The notes beneath the pieces were generated by a model. That model had not been told where the DNA came from. It ran no database searches and saw only the letters and a program-made list of their open reading frames with translations. The translations under genes and the position numbers were made by a program. This document shows positions 56,501 through 64,000 of a stretch of DNA of 64,000 nt, piece after piece. The DNA lies in assembly GCA_963746845.1 (NCBI GenBank), contig CAVVCZ010000006.1:128001-192000 (forward strand), read 5' to 3'. Every line of letters begins with the position of its first letter. Within the stretch, counting starts at the first letter, position 1. The stretch is from an uncultured Chloroflexia bacterium. GTDB lineage: Bacteria > Chloroflexota > Limnocylindria > Limnocylindrales > CSP1-4.

Positions 56501-58720
56501 ATGCGCGGACGACGATCGTGGGTGGCCATCGGGGCGGTCGGGGTCGGGGCACTCGTGCTCGCGATCATCGGGACCGGTCGATTGACCGCGCCGCCGGCTC
56601 CGAGCGGCGGACCCGCGACGGCGTCGGCCAACGCGGAGATCCCGGCGGCGGGTCCCCTCGTCTTCTACGAGATCCTCGATGCCGATGGGGCCGCCCTGAT
56701 GACGCGACGGCTCGACGGTACGAGCCTGCCGCGTCGAGTCGCCGTGCGGTCGACGGACGCCGGCCGGATCTGGTCCGTCGACCCGACGGGCGCCGTCGCC
56801 CTCGCGGTGCTCCCCCAGGGCGACGGCGTGCGCCTCGAGGCGATCGCGACGGCCGACGGGAGCGATCTCTGGCGCGTCGACCTGCCGGCCGCCCAGATCG
56901 ACGAGGCGATCTGGTCCGCCGACGGCCGGCGGTTCGCCCTCGTCCACCGGCCCGAGGCGGCCGGCCCGACGGAGACGCTCGTCCTCGACACGCGCGACGG
57001 GCACCTGGTCCGGACGATCGTGCCCCACGACGCCGTCCTCCAGGGCTTCGACACCGCCGATGCGCTCGTCCTCCGACAGCGGCTGCCGTCGGGTCAGGCC
57101 GGGACGGTCCGCTGGACGTTCCTGCGGGTGGACCCCGCGACGAACATCGTCAACCGACTCGCGGCGCCGCCGGACGTCGGGCCGGCGACGACCTACTCCG
57201 AGGACGTCGACCCGGGGCACGGGGTCGGGGTCGTGTCCGCGCTGGCGCCGAATGACGCGGACACCGCGGTCCAGGCCTGGCCGCTGGGCGGGGGCCCGTC
57301 GAAGACGATCGCCACGCTCCCGTCGGTCGACCAGCTGGCGATCGATCCCGACGGGTCGGGCGTGGTGGTGACGGCCGCCGACCTGGTCCGCCTGATCGGC
57401 TGGGACGGGCGGGCGACGGAGCTGCGGTCCGGCGCCGACGCGGTGACCGCGCTGAGCTGGTCGGCGACGGGCGACTACCTCGGGCTGACGACGGAGCACG
57501 CCGGCGCCCCGCTCACGGTCGTCGAGATGGCGACGGGCCGGAGCGTCGACCTGCCGATCACCGCGCCGGTGGCCGGGGCGATCCTGACACGCGTCGTCGG
57601 CGGGGTGCCCCTCCCGGCGACCCCGCTGCCGGCCGTCGAGCCCGGCCCGACGCCGACGCCCGCCTCGTCGGGCCCGGATCTCGGGGGCGCCCCGTCGATC
57701 GGATCGGCGTGGTTCGACACGTCGAGCGGCGACGTCGTCCTGCACGTCGACCGCCTCGTCCCGACGAGCGAGGGCGGCATGCGGGCCGCGGCCTCGATCA
57801 CGCCGATCGGCCTCGGCGCCGTCCCGATCCCCGACGACGGCGCGCGGACCGTCACCCTGCTCCCCCGCCCGGGCTCGACCGAGATGCTCGTCTGGGTCCA
57901 GACCGCCGACCGCGGCCGGGGCTGGCTGTGGGACGGCGCCGGAGCCGCCCACCCGATCGCCCTGCCGCGCGACTGGCCGGCGAACGCGACCGACGTGGCG
58001 TGGCGACCGGACGGCCTCGCCCTGGCGGGGAGTGCCGCGCGCGTCCGCCCGAACGGGGACGTCCAGGCGACCTTCGTCGTCGGCGAAGTTGGCGGGAGCG
58101 GCGGGTCGCGGACGACGGTCGTCCCGGTCCGGGGCGAGTACGACCGCCTGGAGGGCTGGTGGTCGCCGACGGAGCTCCGCGTCGGGCACGGCATCTGCAC
58201 CGAGGGCTGCGCGGGTCGCTACGCGAACTCGGCCCGGCTGCGCGTCCGCGATGCGCGTCTCACGCAGTTCACCGCCGCGGACCGCGCGCGCGGTCCGATC
58301 GACGACATCTACCCGGACGGGAAGGGCGGGCTCGTCATGAGCGCGATCAACGACGACGTCCGCGACGACATCCACATCGACTGGCCGGCGAACCCCGACG
58401 ATCCGGATGGACCGACGTTCGTCGGGGTGGCGGCGGATCGACATTCGCTGCTGATCGCGGAGGCGCGGTCGACCGGGACGGACCTGTACCGGGTCGCCGA
58501 CCCGGTCCGCCAGGCGGTCGCAGGGCGGGTCACGAACCCCCAGCGGACGCTGATCGGGCACTTCGCGCGGACCGGTCTGGACATCATGGTTTCGCCGGAC
58601 GAGCACTGGGCCGTCACGACCGATCGCGTCGGGGGCACGGAGCTCGTCGAGCTCGCCTCGGGGCGGTCATGGCCGGTGGACCGCGATCGGACGCTCACCT
58701 GGTGGCCGAAGACGGCCTGA
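56501..58720 (+). CDS. Exported/membrane-anchored beta-propeller-like protein
   Basis: GGAGG RBS; N-terminal TM; repeated WSADG, IDPDG, WRPDG, VSPDE blade motifs; Pro/Thr linker. Confidence 0.72.
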   Translation: MRGRRSWVAIGAVGVGALVLAIIGTGRLTAPPAPSGGPATASANAEIPAAGPLVFYEILDADGAALMTRRLDGTSLPRRVAVRSTDAGRIWSVDPTGAVALAVLPQGDGVRLEAIATADGSDLWRVDLPAAQIDEAIWSADGRRFALVHRPEAAGPTETLVLDTRDGHLVRTIVPHDAVLQGFDTADALVLRQRLPSGQAGTVRWTFLRVDPATNIVNRLAAPPDVGPATTYSEDVDPGHGVGVVSALAPNDADTAVQAWPLGGGPSKTIATLPSVDQLAIDPDGSGVVVTAADLVRLIGWDGRATELRSGADAVTALSWSATGDYLGLTTEHAGAPLTVVEMATGRSVDLPITAPVAGAILTRVVGGVPLPATPLPAVEPGPTPTPASSGPDLGGAPSIGSAWFDTSSGDVVLHVDRLVPTSEGGMRAAASITPIGLGAVPIPDDGARTVTLLPRPGSTEMLVWVQTADRGRGWLWDGAGAAHPIALPRDWPANATDVAWRPDGLALAGSAARVRPNGDVQATFVVGEVGGSGGSRTTVVPVRGEYDRLEGWWSPTELRVGHGICTEGCAGRYANSARLRVRDARLTQFTAADRARGPIDDIYPDGKGGLVMSAINDDVRDDIHIDWPANPDDPDGPTFVGVAADRHSLLIAEARSTGTDLYRVADPVRQAVAGRVTNPQRTLIGHFARTGLDIMVSPDEHWAVTTDRVGGTELVELASGRSWPVDRDRTLTWWPKTA

Positions 58721-58723
58721 GGT

Positions 58724-59641
58724 TCAGGCGTTCAGCCGCAGGTTCCAGGCGATGACGATCGCCGCCAGCCCGACGAGGATGACCAGCTCCCACAGCCAGC
58801 GCGGGTCCCGTCGGCGCGACGGCGGCGCGGAGTGGAGCGTGTCCCACAGGTAGAACAGGAACATCAGGAGCGCCGGTCCGATCAGGCGCGGGATCCCGAT
58901 CGCCCGGATCGCCGCCGCCCCGATCGCGATCGCGACGGCGTAGGTCAGCGCGGACAGGAGCGCGTCGCGGGCGTTGGCGGTGCGCAGGGCGGCGGCGCGA
59001 TACCCGAGCAGGCCCGCGACGATCCCGTCGGCGATGGACAGCACCAGGAGGTTGGCGAGCGGCAGCGGCGTGCCCGGCGCGCCCGGGGCCTCGCCGCCGG
59101 CGATCCCGCCGGGGACGCTCGCCGCGACGCCGGCGAAGGCAACCAGCGCGACGACGAGCATCGTCACCAGGGCCGACGAGCGGTCGTCGGCCGTCGGGCC
59201 CTGGGCGGAGCCGGCGATCCGGGTCTCGATCGCCAGGGCACGATCGAGGAGGATCCCGACCGCCACGATCGCCGGGATGATCGCCGCCCCGAGCGGGACG
59301 AGCCGGATCGCCCCGACCGACCCGAGGGCGGCGACCGCCGGGACGATGAGGGACTCGACCGGGACGCCGCGGTCCGACTCGGAGCTCTCGACGTCGCCGA
59401 GGAGCTGGAGCGTCCCGAGGATCGTCGCGGCGAGGAGCAGGACCGCGACTCCCCAGATCAGCGGACCGCTCAGGACCGCGGCCATCCCGACGACGGTCGC
59501 GACGGCGATCTCGAGATCCCGTCGCCGGCCGGTCGCGTCGCGGGCGGCGTCGCGCGCCACACCCCGGATCGGGAGGTGCCGCGAGGCTCGCCCGAGGCCG
59601 CTCGGCTCGAGGTGTCCGACTGGGTGCGACGGGGTCGTCAT
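58724..59641 (-). CDS. Multi-pass membrane protein of unknown function
   Basis: About nine hydrophobic segments; leaderless TACCAT-7 nt-ATG. Confidence 0.72.
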   Translation of the reverse strand: MTTPSHPVGHLEPSGLGRASRHLPIRGVARDAARDATGRRRDLEIAVATVVGMAAVLSGPLIWGVAVLLLAATILGTLQLLGDVESSESDRGVPVESLIVPAVAALGSVGAIRLVPLGAAIIPAIVAVGILLDRALAIETRIAGSAQGPTADDRSSALVTMLVVALVAFAGVAASVPGGIAGGEAPGAPGTPLPLANLLVLSIADGIVAGLLGYRAAALRTANARDALLSALTYAVAIAIGAAAIRAIGIPRLIGPALLMFLFYLWDTLHSAPPSRRRDPRWLWELVILVGLAAIVIAWNLRLNA

Positions 59642-59663
59642 CGGCGGGATGGTACGCGCTCGG

Positions 59664-61562
59664 TCAGCCCGGGACGCGGCCGGGCTTCCCGGCCGCCCAG
59701 GCGAGCACGTCGGCCCGGGAGCGGGTGTTCACGACGTCTGCCGCTGTTACCCACGCCCGGCGCGCCTGGCTGATCCCCCAGCGCACGTAGTCGAGCTCGC
59801 GCGTGTGGTGGGCGTCCGAATCGACCGTCAGGACGCAGCCGGACGCGACGGCCCGGCGCGCCCGTTCCGCCGACAGGTCCAGCCGGTGCGGCGACCCGTT
59901 GATCTCCAGCGCCGTGCCGGTTCGCGCGGCAGCGTCGTACACCGCGTCCCAGTCGAGGTCGAGATCGTCCCGGGTCTGGATCATCCGCCCGGACGGGTGG
60001 GCGACGATGTCGACGTGTGGGCTGTGGATCGCGTTCAGGGTCCGCCGCGTGAGGTCCACGCGTGACTGGCGCCGGGCGACGTGGACCGACGCGACGACGA
60101 CATCGAACGTCGCGAGGAGGTCGTCCTCGTAGTCGAGGTCTCCGTCGGCGCGGACCTCGAGCTCACAGCCGTGGAGCAGGCGGAAGCCGTCCTTCGGCGT
60201 TTCGGGCGGGGCGGTGCCGGCCGCCTCCTCGGCGGCGAACCGGGCGTTGAGCCCGGCGATGATCGCCCGCTCCTCCGCGACCCGGTCCGGGGTGAGCCCG
60301 TTCGCGATCGCGAGCGACTGGGTGTGGTCGGTCAGCACCTGGAAGGCATAGCCGCGACGACGGGCGGCGTCGGCCATGACCTCGATCGGCTGGCTGCCGT
60401 CGCTCCACTCGCTGTGGGTATGGCAGTCGCCCAGCAGGTCCGCCTGGGTGATGAGGACCGGCAACGTCCCGGCGATGGCGGCCTCGATCTCGCCCTCGTC
60501 CTCGCGCAGCTCCGGCTCGATGAACGGCAGGTCGAGGAACGCGTAGGCCTCGGTCTCGGTCGCGAACGTCCGCAGCTCGGCGTCCGGGCCGGTGAGCGGC
60601 TCGCCCGCCTCGTCGATCCGGGCGAAGCCGTACTCGCTCAGGCTCCAGCCGCGATCGCGCGCGCGGGCCCGGAGCCGGACGTTGTGCTCCTTGCTCCCGG
60701 TGAAATGGATCAGGTGGGTCCCGGCGGCGCCGGGCGGCATCGACATCAGGTCGACTTGCGGGCCCCGCAGCAGGCGGACGGCGGACTTGTGGCCGCCCCG
60801 CCCGATCACGGCGTCCACGGCGCCGAGCCCGGTGAAGCGGGCCATCAGCGCATCCGGGTCCGTCGTCTCCGCGAGGAGGTCGAGGTCGCCGATCGTCTCC
60901 TTCTTCCGGCGGAACGAGCCGGCCGGAACAATCGAGACGACGCCGGGCGTCGAGGCCAGAGCGGGCAGGAGCGCGTCGATCTGCGCTTCCGCCTGGTTCA
61001 GGAGCAGCCGCCGGGGGTTGCGCTCGATCCGCTCGATGCCCTCCAGGATCATCGCCTCGGTTCGCTCGGACAGGCCGCGGAGCGACCGGACCCGGCCGTC
61101 CCGGGCGGCCGCCTCGAGATCGGCCATCGTCAGGATCCCGAGCTCGTCGTGGAGCTGCTTGACGGTCTTCGGCCCGAGCCCGGGGATCTGGAGCAGCTCG
61201 ACGAGGCTCGCCGGCACGTCCGCCCGCAGACGCTCGAGGTAGGCCATCCGGCCGGTGGTCACCAGCTCGAGCGTCTTGTCGGAGATCGCCTGGCCGACGC
61301 CCGGGATCTTCGGTGGGTTGCCGGCGCGGTAGGCCGCGACGAGGTCGACGGGGCTGCGGCCCATGGCGTCGGCGGCCCGGTGGTAGGCCACCGTCTTGAA
61401 CGGGAGCTCGCCCTTGACCTCGAGGATGTCGCCGATCTCGTGGAAGACCCGGGCGAGATCGCCGTTCGTCAGGTCGGCGGCGAGATCGGCGGCCTCGTCC
61501 GGCGGCTCGTCGTCGTGGATCGGCGGGCTCGCGAGGAGCTCGTCGGGATCTGCGGTGGGCAC
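59664..61562 (-). CDS. polX: DNA polymerase X with PHP domain
   Basis: KIPGVG, IPGLGPK (HhH), GSFRR..ETIGDLD, QVDL, HFTGSK.HN, PELRE, HTHSEWSDG, TDH, DSDAH. Confidence 0.95.
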   Translation of the reverse strand: MPTADPDELLASPPIHDDEPPDEAADLAADLTNGDLARVFHEIGDILEVKGELPFKTVAYHRAADAMGRSPVDLVAAYRAGNPPKIPGVGQAISDKTLELVTTGRMAYLERLRADVPASLVELLQIPGLGPKTVKQLHDELGILTMADLEAAARDGRVRSLRGLSERTEAMILEGIERIERNPRRLLLNQAEAQIDALLPALASTPGVVSIVPAGSFRRKKETIGDLDLLAETTDPDALMARFTGLGAVDAVIGRGGHKSAVRLLRGPQVDLMSMPPGAAGTHLIHFTGSKEHNVRLRARARDRGWSLSEYGFARIDEAGEPLTGPDAELRTFATETEAYAFLDLPFIEPELREDEGEIEAAIAGTLPVLITQADLLGDCHTHSEWSDGSQPIEVMADAARRRGYAFQVLTDHTQSLAIANGLTPDRVAEERAIIAGLNARFAAEEAAGTAPPETPKDGFRLLHGCELEVRADGDLDYEDDLLATFDVVVASVHVARRQSRVDLTRRTLNAIHSPHVDIVAHPSGRMIQTRDDLDLDWDAVYDAAARTGTALEINGSPHRLDLSAERARRAVASGCVLTVDSDAHHTRELDYVRWGISQARRAWVTAADVVNTRSRADVLAWAAGKPGRVPG

Positions 61563-61621
61563 CCCCCGATGGTAGCGGGCACCGCCGAAGGCTCGCCGAA
61601 GCGCGGCCGCCGCTCGAGGGG

Positions 61622-63022
61622 CTACGCGACGACGCGGTCGCGACCCCGTCGCTTCGCGAGATACAGCGCTCGGTCGGCCTGGTCGACGACCGACTCGATC
61701 GATTCGTCGCCGTCGCGGGCGACCGCGGCCCCGACCGACACGCTGACGCTTCGTACCCCGACGTCGTCGAGGTCGAGCGCGCCGACCGCGGCACGGACGC
61801 GCTCGCCCACGTCGAACGCGACGTCGAGCGTCGGGTTGCGGAGGAGCACGGCGAACTCCTCGCCGCCATACCGCGCGGGCACGTCGTCCTCGCGGACCGC
61901 GCCCGCGATCGCCCCGGCCACGGCGCGCAACACCTCGTCGCCGACCTGGTGGCCGTGGGCGTCGTTGAGCGCCTTGAACTTGTCGATGTCGATCATCAGG
62001 ACGCCGACCGAGTCCTCGGCGCGGCGACGACGCGCGAGCAGGGCGCAGAACTCGTCGAAGTAGCGCCGGTTCGGGAGGCCGGTCAGCGCGTCGGTCGAGG
62101 CGCGTGCCTCGGCCTCGCGATGGGAGTAGGCGCGCGAGAGGGCGGCCGAGGCCTCGATCGCCGCGCCGACGAGGATCCGGTGCGCCGACCCGGGCCAGGA
62201 CCCGGCCGTCCGGCGCGAGATCAGGAGAGCGCCGATCTGTCCGGCATCCGTCGTGAGCGGGGCGACGAGCGTATGGCGAAGCCCGAAGACGCTTCGAGCG
62301 CGCTCGGCGATCCGCTCCGCGACCCGGGCCTCGGCGGCGTGTGAGCGGCGGCCGCCGGGGCGAGTCAGCTCCGGGAGCGGCGGAACGTCCGGTGCGCGGC
62401 GGCCGCTCCGGTGCGGCCCGGCCGACGCCGGAGGCGACGTGGCGATCGTGACGGGCCGGCCGGCGGCGAGCGGCAGGATGCCGGCCGGCAGGTCGGCGTC
62501 GGGCTCGATCGGGATCGCGACCGCGACCGGCCCGCGACCGGCGGCGCCCTCGGCCGCCGGGTCCTCGAGGTCGGAGATCGGGAAGAGCGTGGACGACGTG
62601 GAGCCACCGGTCCGGGCGTTCACGAGCGTCGCCTCGAGGACGCGGGCGTCGGGCCGGCGGCGGACGATGACGACGTGATCGGCCCCGGTCCCGGCGCCGA
62701 GCTCCTCCACGATCGCGCCGACGATGGCATCGGGGGAGATCGAGCGGGACAGGCCCTGGAGAATCCGCGCGAAGCTCTCGGCCTCGAACCGCCGGCTCTC
62801 CTCGAGCTCCTGGACGGCGAGGCGGTTGCGGACGGCCGCGAACCCGACGATGACGATCAGGACGGTGATCGCGAGGTCCAGCGGGCGCGCGCCACCGCCG
62901 AACAGGCGGATGACGGAGATCACCCCGAGCGTGAAGAAGGTTCCGGCGAAGACGAGCCAGGAGCGGCGGATCCCGGGATCCTCCGCAGTGGCCGACGGAC
63001 GACGCTCGGTCGGTGTTGTCAC
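61622..63022 (-). CDS. Membrane-bound GAF-GGDEF diguanylate cyclase
   Basis: Two TM segments, GAF-like region, DALTGLPNRR, DIDKFK.LND.HGH.GD, REDD I-site, RYGGEEF; start uncertain. Confidence 0.9.
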   Translation of the reverse strand: MTTPTERRPSATAEDPGIRRSWLVFAGTFFTLGVISVIRLFGGGARPLDLAITVLIVIVGFAAVRNRLAVQELEESRRFEAESFARILQGLSRSISPDAIVGAIVEELGAGTGADHVVIVRRRPDARVLEATLVNARTGGSTSSTLFPISDLEDPAAEGAAGRGPVAVAIPIEPDADLPAGILPLAAGRPVTIATSPPASAGPHRSGRRAPDVPPLPELTRPGGRRSHAAEARVAERIAERARSVFGLRHTLVAPLTTDAGQIGALLISRRTAGSWPGSAHRILVGAAIEASAALSRAYSHREAEARASTDALTGLPNRRYFDEFCALLARRRRAEDSVGVLMIDIDKFKALNDAHGHQVGDEVLRAVAGAIAGAVREDDVPARYGGEEFAVLLRNPTLDVAFDVGERVRAAVGALDLDDVGVRSVSVSVGAAVARDGDESIESVVDQADRALYLAKRRGRDRVVA

Positions 63023-63142
63023 GTTCGGAGGAGAGCATGCCGGTCCGGAGGGGATCAATGCAAGCGACGCGGGTAGTACCTCCGGCGGGCGGGTCCTGGT
63101 ACTTCCGTTCGAACCTGCGGCGGGGCGGGTCGCGTGACCGGG

Positions 63143-64000
63143 TCAGGCGGAGCGGTCCTCCACCCGGCGGCCGCGCTTCATCCGGTACAGCCCGGCGTCG
63201 GCGACCGCGATCAGCTCGGCCGCGGTCCGGCCGTCGGACGGGAACGTCGCGACCCCGACCGAGACGCCGATCGGCACGTTCAGCCGCCCGTCGTGGCAGA
63301 ACGTCGAGCTCGAGAACGCGTCGACCAGACGCTCGGCGGTGCGGGTCGCCTCGTCCTGGTCGGCGTCCGGCAGGAGGATCGCGAACTCGTCGCCGCCGTA
63401 GCGGGCCGGGATGTCCGAGACGCGGATCGTCCGGCGGATCACGTCGGCGGTCCACCGGAGGACCTCGTCGCCGAGGAGGTGGCCGAACGTGTCGTTGACG
63501 AGCTTGAAGTCGTCCAGATCCAGCATCAGCAGGCCGAGCGGCTTGTGGACGCGCCGCGCCCGGACGGCCTCCTGGCCGAACCGCTCGTGGAGCGAGCGGT
63601 GGTTGAAGAACCCGGTGAGCGGGTCGCGGTCGGCCAGCGCCTTCGCCTCCCCGTAGAGGCGGGCGTTCTCGAGGGCGATCGAGGCCTCGTTGGCGATCGT
63701 CCGGGCGAGGCTGAGCCGCTCCTCGTCCGGCTCGATCACCCCGTCCGAGATCAGCTCGACGAGCCCGATGGTCTCGCCCGAGGCGACGAGCGGCAGCATG
63801 ACGAGGGACCGATGGCCGCCGGCGAGCAGCAGGCGCGCCTCCGCCGGGTCGGCGTCCGGCGCCGTTGCGTCGACGCTCTCGGTCCCCTGGTCGACGAGGA
63901 CGCGGCGGGTCTGCGGAAACGCAGACACCTGGTAGTCCGGCTCGAGCTCGTCGGCCTCGACCGCGGGGAACGAGCCGAGGCTCGTGAGCCGGTCGTTCGG
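63143..64000 (-). CDS. GAF-GGDEF diguanylate cyclase (N-terminus beyond window)
   Basis: LENARLY, DPLTGFFNHR, DLDDFKLVNDTFGH, RVSD I-site, RYGGDEF. Confidence 0.9.
   Translation of the reverse strand, partial: PNDRLTSLGSFPAVEADELEPDYQVSAFPQTRRVLVDQGTESVDATAPDADPAEARLLLAGGHRSLVMLPLVASGETIGLVELISDGVIEPDEERLSLARTIANEASIALENARLYGEAKALADRDPLTGFFNHRSLHERFGQEAVRARRVHKPLGLLMLDLDDFKLVNDTFGHLLGDEVLRWTADVIRRTIRVSDIPARYGGDEFAILLPDADQDEATRTAERLVDAFSSSTFCHDGRLNVPIGVSVGVATFPSDGRTAAELIAVADAGLYRMKRGRRVEDRSA

Noticed and set aside
59664-63455. 1263-aa ORF suggesting a giant PolX fusion
   Set aside because: The N-terminal half is an off-frame overlap of the GGDEF genes; PolX homology and a leaderless -10 place the start at 61562

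Overview
This is 64 kb of very GC-rich (visually about 70-75%), densely coding bacterial chromosome. The gene inventory (thyX, PolX-PHP, tandem DUF6812-like protein, TPR/acidic-tail protein, C-terminally anchored OppA, many leaderless starts) suggests a high-GC monoderm, possibly Chloroflexota; that is an inference. About 55 real CDSs are present, and most of the supplied ORFs are GC-driven antisense or off-frame shadows. No rRNA, tRNA, CRISPR array, transposase or integrase was seen. Housekeeping and catabolic blocks include ABC transporters, an Opp operon with an S66 peptidase and a SolA-like oxidase, vapBC, acs, moaA, a nucleoside phosphorylase, mscS, polX and two GGDEF proteins. Highlights: (1) a cyclic-nucleotide neighbourhood at 25.6-35.1 kb with a receptor-type class III cyclase carrying an external LIVBP domain, a SatD/DUF3307 pair with a double palindromic operator, a FOXRED2-like flavoprotein coupled to a degenerate cNMP-binding protein, and a cNMP-binding protein + cyclase-STAND-TPR + Zn-finger operon; (2) a 975-aa DNA-methyltransferase-fold/Zn-ribbon/PD-(D/E)XK fusion with eroded methyltransferase motifs; (3) an unannotated ~200-nt rod-shaped, 6S-like RNA whose promoter is preceded by six DnaA-box-like 9-mers; (4) an acidic coiled-coil scaffold paired with a MinD/CpaE-type ATPase; (5) an unlisted 45-aa Zn-ribbon microprotein ending in an ssrA-like LALAA; (6) a four-unit 11-bp PHO-box-like repeat upstream of a lytic transglycosylase. 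All family calls come from motif recognition by eye, not from database searches.
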